A stretch of 64,000 nt of DNA from a virus: the IMG/VR virus record IMGVR_UViG_3300036985_007703, positions 64,001 to 128,000 of that record; one strand, given 5' to 3'. This document shows positions 12,001 to 19,934 of this stretch, in pieces. Made by a program: the position numbers and the translations under genes. Below the pieces are notes generated by a model. The model searched no databases. It saw nothing but the letters and a program-made list of their open reading frames with translations, and had not been told where the DNA came from. Numbering within the stretch: the stretch's first letter is position 1; each line of letters starts with the position of its first letter.

Positions 12001-12043
12001 CGCCCTGGTAGTTGTTCTGCCGGTAGGGATTGGTCAGGCCCAT
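6020..12043 (-). CDS. Very long repetitive tail fibre / adhesin
   Basis: 2007 aa with 13 repeats of ~120 aa ending in ERMRITSAG-like motifs, in three blocks each opened by a GS..Q(V/I)Q(F/Y)N linker. Lies downstream of the baseplate genes. Confidence 0.8.
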   Translation of the reverse strand: MGLTNPYRQNNYQGEYAAETGTGSVLEWIRSNEWDSTGDGTGSPQEGMFFYDTVADRFKVFANAAWKGIAYTTDPAGAGGSDHQVQFNDGGSLNGAATLYWDHGNSRLGLGTSTPTVDFDVVTASDAARGIKQRNYSATADAPAVLALYRARGTAGTPADINTGDTLGLISISGRSASADYVGAQIGVVADGTTAKKTHVTISTLDGTTFAERMRLTSVGFLGIGTAAPGVPLDVQWNGFTAIRAIAYGAAYATVSVNRANGTMASPTAVTNGNYLGIMQWAGFYNTTTQREGAQITGEAAEGWDASGSGANLLFGTTANRATVVSERMRITQAGHLYIGLTTAPTVSGATVGRRLIASGDATIGGIAAEVAADAARFESYRCGGTLASKTAVASGDQIGSWGTYGWDGGTTPSYIVATQIKGEVDGTVAEDNVPGRLVFMTRNTGGTFAERMRLTSAGYLGIGCTPAIDLDVQSNTYAYIRVYSFGTTVFPTLTMNKANGTQASPSAILSADIIGQLQWGGLYDGANGRVGACIRGVATENWGASASGTMMTFNTTPNATTTHLERMRINQDGKVGIGCTNPGGTLEVFVDSGGGTVIASGASDTPGVNPGLMCVRSRGTRAARTAVQSGDYTGGLYFMGYYDASNAQHAATIISAASVNWSGTDQSAYMAFYTTNVTSWAERMRLIANGSLGIGKTAPTERLDLYDGSGNGAIRVGNTTGTNAGTIRWTGTAFQGYTGSGWTAFGGGSPAGSSTQIQYNNAGAFGADANFTWSNSGRLLNIQGEGGYLNQYMICAAGAGVGYANTSYYRSRGTLATPTALAAGDGIGSIGFLGRGATSSYTAAIIWAGADGTFTDSSSPGYLDFYTTPSGSTSPLQRMRLTSAGYLYVSNNMANAANIVGIPLSVAMNQAYAGVSTQTFGTTYYSYFAGYHANGTLGTPTAAVAGDNLAAFIGGGYGDNTWVYAGRIRVHADGTFTNSSSPGYMSFLTTPSGSTTEVERMRILSGGQVFITNAMASVANHNQNNLVVAMDQAFCGVGVHTFGTGYYSYFSGLHANGSAASRTAAVSGNTLVAHVGAGFGTSTWVTGGRMTVVADGTFSDSSAPGYLTLETTPSGSASPVERVRITSAGQVRIGDVANTASGNNLAITKDSYSSIALESFGNPAYGIFSYMKSRGSSASKTDVAAADVLAELAAVWAYKNADWRKTTQIQVIADAVGTNLVSSYLRFDTMDAAGTLAEKFRIASASQYEPRVSIGAAQTISIGGASYSVPLLVQTEQTNNLPGIAVEAIGASNGASMYFYRARNTVGTKQIVQSGDNCGSLNWGGYDGSTYRPAAAIGVNVDATPGASDMPGNMVFYTTADGAASMTERMRITSAGIVRIGVAGGATGQIDLYGTTSGTVTLKAAAAAGTGTVFQFPTTNGTNGWFLQTSGSGVTSWAAVSATPAGSDHQIQYNNAGAFGGASSFYYIDTATPIASFGSSTGAATLSGTSYTVPLYVAGAVSGTYLPGIHVDGVGTTTTLRMLRANGTLTSKTAVVNTEVVFGIQGWGYDGTDYANAGGIYLEIDGTVSNNNVPGRLTFHAGINDAPSERMRITSAGYVQINTATDPVIEGAAQNRRLVVSGAAGYNSIANESSAGAAYYEFLRCNGTVASKTVVTSGDTIGGFYAYGWNTNTSACYRVSSGVGFEVDAALSGIYVPGRIVFSTMSGAGTFVERMRLTSDNKLRMGAYTPTFDFQLTRVGSAYHAVFGVSNTASDQGTLLVGRARGTSDASPSVVSSGDALGALYFCGYEAGFRGTAWIGAFAAQTWASGANGGHLTFNTTPSDTATSVERVRITDAGVVQIGKAGGVTGRIDLLGTTSGAVTLKVADAAGSWTMTLPAAAPGVTGYVLSATTAGVCSWIAAGGGTTVDAGTAAGQLLFWDNGNTKWTYAETSEWVWDDTNKRVGINVAAPSSRLDVGGDIEVASDAWTYYGDPTTNGSWRTGRTGDDLVVEKRIAGTWTTKHTFA

Positions 12044-12188
12044 CGATCACACCTCTCAGCGCCGCACAGTCAGGCAGCCCTCTACATCGAGCCTAAAAGA
12101 GCCGAGGTGCCCCGCGTGCGCCTAGAGAGGGAGGGTCCAATTCCTGACCCCAGACCCACGCGGGGACACCTCCGCATCCGATCCGATC

Positions 12189-13391
12189 TCAGACCACGAA
12201 CCACACCGCCGCCGCCGCGATGCCCGCCGTCTTGCAGACGTAGAGAATGTCGTTGGTCGTGTCCATGGCGAACTCGCCCTTGACGCCCGCGACGTTGGTG
12301 TTCGGGTTGCCCGCGTAGAACTGCATGGAGCGCACGCCGTCGCTGTCGACCGCGAGGCCGCCCTTGGTCGCCGTGGCCGCCGCGACGACGCTGAGCGCCG
12401 TGCCGCCGCCACCCGTGATGCCGTTCCCGGCGACGGAGGCGTTGAGCTGCGTGGCGGTGATCCCGCCGTTCTTGACGATGAGGGAGCCCGGCCCGGTGCC
12501 GCTCACGCCGATCGTGCTGTTGTCGTAGTTGACGGCGATGTCGTCGCTGCCCACCGTGATCGCGCCGGTGCTCGCCGCGCCGATGTTCAGGGTGTTGCCG
12601 TCCTTCGTGAGGCCCGCGCCCGCGTTGATCTGCCCGGCGCCCGTGAACTGGACCCACACGGAGCCGCTGTACACGTAGCCCCAGTTCTCGTAGAGGCTGC
12701 CGTCGGCGCTGACGATCACGGCGTCGGCATCGACCGCCGCCACGAAGCTCCAGGCCGAGCCGCTGTACTGCGCGAACTTCTTGCCATGGCCCGTGAAGGA
12801 CCCCGCCGCCGTGCCGCTGAGGCCCGTAATGACCGCGCGGGTGCCCGCCCCGATAGCCCCGAGATCCGTCCACACCGTGCCGCTCCACTCGTACATGTGG
12901 CCGTCGGTGTACAGGGTCGGGGTCTCCTCCCAGTTGTTGGCGATGTGCGTCTCGCCCTTGACGCCCGTCGGCACCACATGGCTGGTGTCCGCGTCACTGA
13001 CGAGGTTGATCACCTTCACGGGCTGCTTCCACGCGAGGCCGCTCGCCACGCTGTCCACGTAGCTCTTGTTCGCGGCGTCGGTCGCATCATCGGGCGACAG
13101 CAGCCCGGTGATCTTGTGGGTGTTCATGTCGATGGTGTAGGACCCGGCGCTGTTGCCCGCCGCCAACACGTTGGCGAGCGTCGGCGTGCTCGCCGTGATG
13201 TCCGACCACGCCGTGCCGTTCCACACCATCACGCGGCCCGTGCCCGTGTTGAAGAACTGGACGCCGAGGCCGACCGACGCGCCGAGCGTGCCCCACCCGA
13301 GGGTAGTCTCGAAGAACGTGGTCGCTGCGCCGCTCGTCGCGTGATCGCCGATGAACGCGTGCTGTCTGTACGGACTGGTGAAACCTGCCAT
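12189..13391 (-). CDS. Fibre protein, paralog of 57269..58666
   Basis: Shares HKITGL..P....DA..K.Y.D....GL.W and WVQF.GAGQINAG.GL.KDGN with the 465-aa protein. N-terminal T.PYRQ motif shared with the 2007-aa fibre. Confidence 0.7.
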   Translation of the reverse strand: MAGFTSPYRQHAFIGDHATSGAATTFFETTLGWGTLGASVGLGVQFFNTGTGRVMVWNGTAWSDITASTPTLANVLAAGNSAGSYTIDMNTHKITGLLSPDDATDAANKSYVDSVASGLAWKQPVKVINLVSDADTSHVVPTGVKGETHIANNWEETPTLYTDGHMYEWSGTVWTDLGAIGAGTRAVITGLSGTAAGSFTGHGKKFAQYSGSAWSFVAAVDADAVIVSADGSLYENWGYVYSGSVWVQFTGAGQINAGAGLTKDGNTLNIGAASTGAITVGSDDIAVNYDNSTIGVSGTGPGSLIVKNGGITATQLNASVAGNGITGGGGTALSVVAAATATKGGLAVDSDGVRSMQFYAGNPNTNVAGVKGEFAMDTTNDILYVCKTAGIAAAAVWFVV

Positions 13392-13450
13392 CTGCCTTCT
13401 CCTTGTGTCAGTGCGCCGGTTTCCCCGGTCGCCTCATTGGGGCCGCCGAC

Positions 13451-16240
13451 CTATTCGACGACCCACACCGTCCCGCCACTCGTGTTCAGCCAGAACACCC
13501 CGTTGGTGCTCTGGTAGTACAACTGCCCCTGCACCCCCGTCACCGTGCCGTTCGGGTTCACCGCCCCCGTGAGCGTCCCCGGCGCGATGACCAACTGATC
13601 GATCGTCGCCAGCGCGCGCTGCACCGTGGTGTCCGCCGCCGTGAGGTTGCGCGAGAAGGTCCCCGCCGTCACCCCCACGTAGGCCGCCTTGTCCGTGAAC
13701 GCGTAGCCCGGCGCCGTGAGGTTGTCGAAGGTCGCCCCCGCCTGGAGGAGGGGCCGCGCGCTGGGGGCATCGAACGCCACCTGCGCGGGGGCCGCCCCCG
13801 TCACGCCGTCCCACCCGAACTTGTAGCTCCCCAGCGCGCTCAGCTCGCAGTCGCTGAGCCCCTGGCCGTCCCCCGTGGGGCCGCCCAGCTTGCCCGCGTA
13901 GCCCCCCGGCGTCCCGCGCGGGTGCACGTCCCACCGGATCGCCCCGCTGAGGATGGTCCCGCGCACCGCCTGGAGCTGCACGCACCCCCGCACGTCCTGC
14001 GCGAACTCGCACCCCCGCACCGTGAGCCACAGCATGTTCTCGGCCGTCAGCACCGTGGCCTCGCGCTCGCCGCCGAGCACGCCCCCGCTGCCCACGCACC
14101 CATTGGCCACCACCTTGAGGGGCCCCGTCCGGCGCCCCGCCGTGAGGCCCCCGCTGGCCGCCGCCAGGATGCTGCCGTCAAGGCGCACCCCCTCGGCGAC
14201 GAGGGTCCCCACCACGTCCCCCAGCGTCGCCGGGTTCGCGTTCTGGTACTCCAGCCCCGCGAGGAGCCCCGCCTGGCGGGCCGTTCCCGTCGCGAGCACG
14301 CACGCCAGGGGGTACGTCGTCAGGCTCTGCCCGTACCAGTCCTCGGGCCGGTAGTACCACTGCACGAGCCCGCTCAGGAGCCAGCGGTCGCCCACCAGGG
14401 CAATCGTCCGCCGGCGCGGGAGCGCGATGGGCCCCGCATAGGTCCCCGGCGCGAGCACGAACTGCACCGGCGCGTCAAACTCCGCGAACGAGGTCGGCGC
14501 CGCCACCGTCCCCACCGCGTGCGTCAGCGTCTGGTAGGGCTTCTGGACCGTCCCGTTGCCCGTCGTGTCGCTGCCATTGTGCCCGTCCACGTGGACGTTG
14601 CCGAACCCCGTGGGGATCGGCGCCCCGCTGGGGCTCAGCGCGTCGAGCGTCACCAGGGCCTTCTGCACCGTGTCGTCCGCGGCGCTCAGGTTCCCGCTGA
14701 ACCCCGCGCTGTCCACGTGCGTGCCGAGCGCGCGCTCCGTAAAGGCATAGCCCCGGCCTCCCGGCGTGGCCCCCGCGTCAAAGTTGTCGAACTGCGGCAC
14801 GCCCCCGCTGGTCAGCACGCGCCACGAGTAGCTGTCGCACCACACGGCCTCGGGCTCGTCCATCGTCGGGTCGGTCCCCGCGTAGCCTGCTTGGAAGGTG
14901 CCCCCGTTGGCGGCCGTGTGCGCGAGCCCCGGCGCGGGGCCATCGATCCACCCGCGCGCGTAGGCCGCCCCGCTCGGCTGCAGGGCGTGGCTCACCACGC
15001 CGAGCTGGCAGTGGTCGAGGGCCCGCAGGCGCACGTTGCCGAGCAGACGCCACCCGCTGAAGTCGCTCCAGCTCGCCACGAGGTCGACCGCGTTGGGGCT
15101 CCACGCCGCCGCCGCGGGCTCCGCCTCGCCGAAGATGCAGGGATAGGGGCTCGTCCCCAGCGTATCCACGAACCGGCACCGCTCGACCGCCAGGGCCATC
15201 GTCCCGCAGGCATCGCCCGCTGTCACCGACCCCGACGCCTGGTTCGTGATGCGCCCATCCCGCCACTCGATCCCCGCCAGCACGAGGCGCTTCTGGGCGG
15301 GCATCGTCGCGCCAGAGCCCACGTTCTGGTTGAAGGCGCGCAGCTGGCCCACCACCCGCGCCGTCACCGCCATGCCAGCTTGCGCGCCATAAAGCACACC
15401 CGCGTCGCCGTAGATCCCCACCGTGGGCTGGTCCGCCACCAGGTCGAGGCCCAGGCTCGCGTACTGCGTCGGGCTGATCCCCCACTCCAGGTCGCCGCTG
15501 ATCACGTAGGCGGCGCCCCGCAGGATCACCGCCTGGCGCCGCGGCAGCGTCACCGCCCCCGCATAGGTGCCCGGCGCGAGCACGAAGATCAGGGGCACCC
15601 GGAAGGCCTCTGCCGTCGCCGCCACGGGCTGCGCGTTCGCCGCCACCACCAGCGTCTTGTAGGGCTTCGCCGGCGTACCGTCCCCGCTCGTGTCGCTCCC
15701 GTACACCGCATCGACGTAGACCACGCCGTAGCCGCCGGGGATCGTGCCCCCGCCGCCGCCGCCGCTGCCCGCATGGGCGAACAGCACCGCCGCGACGCCC
15801 GGCACCATCTTCGCCGCGTTCCACCACGTGATGCTGTAGTCGCCGTTGACGTAGCCCAGCACGCGGTAGTCGGGGTCGATGGGGACGCCGTTCTGCCACA
15901 GCTCCAGGAGGACGGTGGTCTCCGTCGTGGATCCCGCGGGCACGCGCGCCACCACCATCCAATCCGGCTGGAGGGTCAGGGGCACCGCGCTGCTGATGAT
16001 CATGGTGGTCTGCAGGGTGCGGCTCACGAGCCGCGCATCCCCCGCCAACACCAGGCGAAAGCCGCCGCCATGGGGCGCGATCGTCGCCTCGGGCAGATCC
16101 TGGAAGACCCACGCCGCGGCCTCCAGCTGCTCGAAGATCAACGCGTCGATGGCCACGGCAAAGTCGCTAAACTGGTGCCACCACCCCTGGGCGTTCTCGT
16201 TCGGGTAGGGGACCTTGAATCGCGGGGTCTTCGCCGGCAT
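13451..16240 (-). CDS. Tailspike-like protein with shared N-terminal module (A3) and two tandem beta-helix-like units
   Basis: N-terminus TPRFKVPYP...LELWQNGVP..PDYRVLGYV is shared with the 21956 and 26644 genes. Two copies of (Y/H)VD...GSDT.G.GT..KPY.TL...FVLAPGTYAG, a motif typical of the start of pectin-lyase-like beta-helices. Confidence 0.7.
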   Translation of the reverse strand: MPAKTPRFKVPYPNENAQGWWHQFSDFAVAIDALIFEQLEAAAWVFQDLPEATIAPHGGGFRLVLAGDARLVSRTLQTTMIISSAVPLTLQPDWMVVARVPAGSTTETTVLLELWQNGVPIDPDYRVLGYVNGDYSITWWNAAKMVPGVAAVLFAHAGSGGGGGGTIPGGYGVVYVDAVYGSDTSGDGTPAKPYKTLVVAANAQPVAATAEAFRVPLIFVLAPGTYAGAVTLPRRQAVILRGAAYVISGDLEWGISPTQYASLGLDLVADQPTVGIYGDAGVLYGAQAGMAVTARVVGQLRAFNQNVGSGATMPAQKRLVLAGIEWRDGRITNQASGSVTAGDACGTMALAVERCRFVDTLGTSPYPCIFGEAEPAAAAWSPNAVDLVASWSDFSGWRLLGNVRLRALDHCQLGVVSHALQPSGAAYARGWIDGPAPGLAHTAANGGTFQAGYAGTDPTMDEPEAVWCDSYSWRVLTSGGVPQFDNFDAGATPGGRGYAFTERALGTHVDSAGFSGNLSAADDTVQKALVTLDALSPSGAPIPTGFGNVHVDGHNGSDTTGNGTVQKPYQTLTHAVGTVAAPTSFAEFDAPVQFVLAPGTYAGPIALPRRRTIALVGDRWLLSGLVQWYYRPEDWYGQSLTTYPLACVLATGTARQAGLLAGLEYQNANPATLGDVVGTLVAEGVRLDGSILAAASGGLTAGRRTGPLKVVANGCVGSGGVLGGEREATVLTAENMLWLTVRGCEFAQDVRGCVQLQAVRGTILSGAIRWDVHPRGTPGGYAGKLGGPTGDGQGLSDCELSALGSYKFGWDGVTGAAPAQVAFDAPSARPLLQAGATFDNLTAPGYAFTDKAAYVGVTAGTFSRNLTAADTTVQRALATIDQLVIAPGTLTGAVNPNGTVTGVQGQLYYQSTNGVFWLNTSGGTVWVVE

Positions 16241-16254
16241 CCGCCACCATCTCC

Positions 16255-16273
16255 TTGAGTGTCATCCACTCAA
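16255..16273. promoter_or_regulatory. Inverted repeat overlapping the RBS of the 16240 gene
   Basis: Minus strand reads TTGAGTG-GATGA-CACTCAA, running directly into AAGGAG. Confidence 0.4.
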
Positions 16274-16300
16274 AATAGGCTTCCCCCCCACACTACCCGA

Positions 16301-16567
16301 TCACGGCACCGCGCGCACGATTTGAGGCACCTCGCGGTTGGCCGGACCACTATCCGGCGGGCACGCGATCCCCTCGCCCGCCTGCACCAGCCCCCCCGAC
16401 ACGTACATGGCCCACCCCCCGATCGTCCGCTCCACCCCCGCCGCATCCAACACCAGGGAGGTCGTCCCCGGCACGCCCTGCGGGGCCTCGGCATCCGTGG
16501 CCAGGGAGGTCGTCCCCGGCACGCCCTGCGCCATCCCCCCGAGCACCGCCCCGTTGTAGCTCGCCAT
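16301..16567 (-). CDS. Small cassette partner protein s3
   Basis: 88 aa, RBS GAGG, internal QGVPGTTSL duplication. C-terminal QIVRAVP matches QIIRAVP of 18644..18871. Confidence 0.65.
   Translation of the reverse strand: MASYNGAVLGGMAQGVPGTTSLATDAEAPQGVPGTTSLVLDAAGVERTIGGWAMYVSGGLVQAGEGIACPPDSGPANREVPQIVRAVP
16453..16530. repeat. Exact 30-bp direct repeat with a 48-nt period inside s3
   Basis: ccagggaggtcgtccccggcacgccctgcg at 16453-16482 and 16501-16530. Confidence 0.9.
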
Positions 16568-16580
16568 CGCTCACCTCGCC

Positions 16581-16600
16581 CTGCGTACGCGCATGCGCAG
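16581..16600. promoter_or_regulatory. Conserved 20-bp palindrome, copy 2 (CTGCGTACGCGCATGCGCAG)
   Basis: Between the stop at 16603 and the RBS of the 16567 gene. Confidence 0.7.
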
Positions 16601-16602
16601 CC

Positions 16603-17583
16603 TCACGGGATGGCCGGCTGGCTGCCATCCCATCCGATCAGCAGGTCGCCCATGACGATCCAGTCCCAGGGGTCGCCCGTCCCGCGCGCGTAGGCCCCGT
16701 CCGGCAGCACGCTCGGCGCCAGGTACATGTCCCAGGGCTCGCCCGGCTTGCCCCGCGACGCCGTGTTCTCCGAGATGAACCCCGTGGGCAGGAAGTTCCA
16801 GCACCCGTCCCCGTCCGGCCGGTTCAGCAGCGTCTCCGTGACGAGCCCGCCCTTCGCGGTCTCCCCGCTGAGCCGCAGCGTCGTCGTCGAGGCCGCCAGC
16901 GTCGTCTTGGGGCCCGCCGCCGCCGTCTGCACGAGGTTCGCGATCGTCGGCGCCTTGATGAATCCCACGTAGGGGTTGGTCCAGTACGTCTCGGGGTTCC
17001 GCGCCTTCTCGAGCCACAACATCGCCTGGACTACCCCGCCGTTGCAGAGGAAGGCCCGCGTACTCTGTCCATCCGACGCCATGACCCGCAGACATCCCCC
17101 ACTGGCCGTCGTCGGCAACGTCGTCGGAAGAATCGCTCCTGCGAGCAGGGACACGGCATCGGTCGCTGTCGGTGCTGCCGTCGTACTGCCGCCCGTGAAT
17201 CCGGCGGCGGGCGAGATCGAGATGTTCATGGACTGGCCCTGCGCTGACGCGATCGAGCAGTCGAGGAGGAGCTGCATGTAGCCCGGCGCCACCCCGACGT
17301 TCGCCTGCTGAAGCACGATCCACGACCGTGCGCCACTCGTCGCGAACGTGATCTTCGAGTAGTCCGTCCAGCGGTCCACCGTGTCACTGACGCTCGCCGT
17401 GACGCCATCGCTGGACCCCCGCACCGCCCACGCATTCGGCCCCGCCTTGACCCCATTGTTCCCGTACTGGAGAGACTCCTTGAGGTCCCACCAAATCCAC
17501 TTGTTCAGCGTCAGAATCACGTAACTTGCATCCGCGTGGTAGAGATTCTTAGCCACCCACGACTTGACCCGCGTCAACGCCAT
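16603..17583 (-). CDS. Paralog family protein P7 (putative virion/tail protein)
   Basis: 326 aa with family motifs K.W, W.V.GS.DG, D.W, SWIVL, GFTGG....PTA.D and C-terminal G...D....P.....G..........GD......DG. Closest to P5. Confidence 0.75.
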   Translation of the reverse strand: MALTRVKSWVAKNLYHADASYVILTLNKWIWWDLKESLQYGNNGVKAGPNAWAVRGSSDGVTASVSDTVDRWTDYSKITFATSGARSWIVLQQANVGVAPGYMQLLLDCSIASAQGQSMNISISPAAGFTGGSTTAAPTATDAVSLLAGAILPTTLPTTASGGCLRVMASDGQSTRAFLCNGGVVQAMLWLEKARNPETYWTNPYVGFIKAPTIANLVQTAAAGPKTTLAASTTTLRLSGETAKGGLVTETLLNRPDGDGCWNFLPTGFISENTASRGKPGEPWDMYLAPSVLPDGAYARGTGDPWDWIVMGDLLIGWDGSQPAIP

Positions 17584-17592
17584 CGCGCCCTC

Positions 17593-18642
17593 CTAGTCGA
17601 GCACGACGGCCCCGCCGTCGCTCGCGTGCATGATGTCCCCGACGACCACCCACTGGCGGGTTCCGTCGTTCGGGTAGTAGTCGCCATTCGCCATGTTCTG
17701 GTGCACCCAGTAAGCATCTGCCAACAATCCTATGTAGCCCGTCGACAGCCCCAACGTACCAACACATCCCACGGGACTGCACATCCAGTTACCATTCGGG
17801 TCCGCCCCACCCAGGATCGCCTGCTTTCCCAAGGCCCCCGCCGTCCCAAGCCCATCTGCGCTGAGGTACACCGGTACCCCCCTAGCCCCTGATATGCGCG
17901 TATACAGCCCCACCGCCTCGTTGCAATTGGCATACAGTGGGAATGGCCCCCCTGCGACATACGTGCGATCCAACCATGTCTTTGGACTTTGCATGTGCTC
18001 GAAACACCACATCGCTACACGCGTCCCACCGTTGGAGGAGAACAAGATCCGCGTCATCTTGCGATCGGGTGTTACCAACAGATTGAACCCACGCGGAACA
18101 TCGGCTGTATCGAAGGTGAAGTTGCCAGCCCCATCTGTCGTTGACAGCAATAATACCTCATCGCTTGCTGTCGGCCGCGCATTGACCGCCCCTCCTACAA
18201 ACCCACCGCCGTCAGATTCCATGATCTCAGTCGGAGAAACATTCTCTCGATAAAAGTTAAACTTCACACTGATGCAGATCTGATACCCCGCCCCAACCGC
18301 ACTAATGGCCGTATTCCGCAACACAATCCAAGAAAAATTGTCAAAATATCCGTTGATGTACGGTCTTCCCCCCACATTGTCCGCTGTCACCCAGCGATCC
18401 ACCCCATCCATCCCGGCAACGAACGGCGGCGATCCACTTGGCGTGTACCCACAACTTCCCATGACCACCCACCCCTTGGCCACGAGCGCTTCCTTGGTCA
18501 GGAAAAGCAACTTGCGCGTGGCACGACGAAACAGGTCCTCTGTCCCGTTACTGCATGGCTGGGCTACCGGAAGATTCAACCCCCCTGCTGCCACGCCCCC
18601 GTACACCCGTTCCCACGTGAACTCGCGCACTGGCGCCGCCAT
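17593..18642 (-). CDS. Paralog family protein P6
   Basis: 349 aa. GW.V.GSCGY...GMDGVDRW and FSWIVLRNTAI.A.G.GYQICI are shared with P4. Confidence 0.75.
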   Translation of the reverse strand: MAAPVREFTWERVYGGVAAGGLNLPVAQPCSNGTEDLFRRATRKLLFLTKEALVAKGWVVMGSCGYTPSGSPPFVAGMDGVDRWVTADNVGGRPYINGYFDNFSWIVLRNTAISAVGAGYQICISVKFNFYRENVSPTEIMESDGGGFVGGAVNARPTASDEVLLLSTTDGAGNFTFDTADVPRGFNLLVTPDRKMTRILFSSNGGTRVAMWCFEHMQSPKTWLDRTYVAGGPFPLYANCNEAVGLYTRISGARGVPVYLSADGLGTAGALGKQAILGGADPNGNWMCSPVGCVGTLGLSTGYIGLLADAYWVHQNMANGDYYPNDGTRQWVVVGDIMHASDGGAVVLD

Positions 18643-18643
18643 C

Positions 18644-18871
18644 TCACACCTCCCGGCGCGGCCATCGCCGCGTCAAATAGGGCACCGCCCGGATGATCTG
18701 CGCGTACCACGCCGGACACGTCGCCCCGAGCGTCCCCTGGGCCGGATCCAGCGCGTAGCTCTCCATGCCCACCTGGGCTCCACCCACCGCCGGGTCCACC
18801 GCGCAACTCGCGATCGTGATCATCGCGCCGCTGCTGGCGGGATTGACCTCGTACGCGTTGACGTTCGCCAT
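18644..18871 (-). CDS. Small cassette partner protein s2
   Basis: 75 aa, RBS GAGGGG, tightly packed; QIIRAVP motif as in s3. Confidence 0.65.
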   Translation of the reverse strand: MANVNAYEVNPASSGAMITIASCAVDPAVGGAQVGMESYALDPAQGTLGATCPAWYAQIIRAVPYLTRRWPRREV

Positions 18872-18880
18872 CGACCCCTC

Positions 18881-19924
18881 CTAAGGCAGCATCAAGTGCG
18901 TGCCGTCCCACGGGACGATCATGTTGTAGAGATTGATGAACTGACGCTCGCCCCCGCCCGTCGAGGCGATGTACTCGCCCAGCGGCATGCTCTGGGGCGC
19001 CAGCCACAGATCGAAGAACTCCCCGAGGCGCCCGCGCATCACCGTCGAGCAACTGATGATGCCCGCTGGGGAGACCACCCACTCCCCGTTGAAGTCCGGC
19101 CGCTGTAGGGGCGCCTTGTTGATGATCCACCCGTAATAGAACCCGCCGGGACCGATCCCCGAGATCCCCGTCCCCTCGGCCGTGAACCGCGCCGTGATCG
19201 GCGTGGTCCCCACGCGCGCCTTGAGGGGCTCGACCGCCGTGGAACTGCCATGGGAGTACCACTGCCACACCGCATAGGAATAGGGATACCCCACGGCAAA
19301 CACGCACGGGTTGGCCCACCAACTCACGGGATCCTTCGCCTTCTCCATGAGCAACAACACTGTCGGCGGCCACAAACTCGAATCCACGGCCCCCGCCTGG
19401 GAGAAGAACACCCGCGTGACCTCGCCATCCGTGCTCTTCACGCAATTCACGCCCACCGTATAGGGCGCATACAGGTTGCTCGACGTGTGGTTGGTGTTCA
19501 GCCACGTCGCCTCATCGCTGGCCGTCGGCCGCACGATCGTCGTGCCCCCCGAGAACCCCACGCTGAAGCTCACCGCGAAGTTCGCATACGAGTGTGAGGC
19601 CACCTTCAGGTCGATGAGGAGCTGGTAGTACCCCGGCGCGAGGCCCATCGCAGGCTGCTGGAGAATGATCCAGGAGTGCGCCGTCGTCGCGTGGGCGATG
19701 AACTTGGTGTAGTCCGTCAGGCGGTCCACGCCGTCCATGCCGTAGGTCGTCCCATCACAGGACCCCACCACCGTCCAGGCCCCCGGCCCGCCCTTGACGC
19801 CCCCGCTACCGTACTGCAGGGCCTCCTTGAGCGCCCAGAGGTTCCCCTTGCCGATGTCCGTCCCACTGGGGAACTGCACGGACACCATCTTGGTGAAGTA
19901 GGTCTTGACCTTCGTCAGCGCCAC
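18881..19924 (-). CDS. Paralog family protein P5
   Basis: Start reassigned to GTG 19924 (RBS GAGGAGG; MALTKVKTY matches the family N-termini). LKE.LQYG..GVK.GP.AW and WI.LQQ...G.APGY.QLL.D are shared with P7. Confidence 0.75.
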   Translation of the reverse strand: MALTKVKTYFTKMVSVQFPSGTDIGKGNLWALKEALQYGSGGVKGGPGAWTVVGSCDGTTYGMDGVDRLTDYTKFIAHATTAHSWIILQQPAMGLAPGYYQLLIDLKVASHSYANFAVSFSVGFSGGTTIVRPTASDEATWLNTNHTSSNLYAPYTVGVNCVKSTDGEVTRVFFSQAGAVDSSLWPPTVLLLMEKAKDPVSWWANPCVFAVGYPYSYAVWQWYSHGSSTAVEPLKARVGTTPITARFTAEGTGISGIGPGGFYYGWIINKAPLQRPDFNGEWVVSPAGIISCSTVMRGRLGEFFDLWLAPQSMPLGEYIASTGGGERQFINLYNMIVPWDGTHLMLP

Positions 19925-19934
19925 GCCATCCTCC

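Noticed and set aside
12044-12188. Possible tRNA or ncRNA in the 145-nt intergenic gap
   Set aside because: No cloverleaf, T-loop motif or convincing long stem was found by eye.
16453-16530. CRISPR-like repeat-spacer
   Set aside because: Only two copies, an 18-nt gap, and an in-frame coding duplication; no cas genes.
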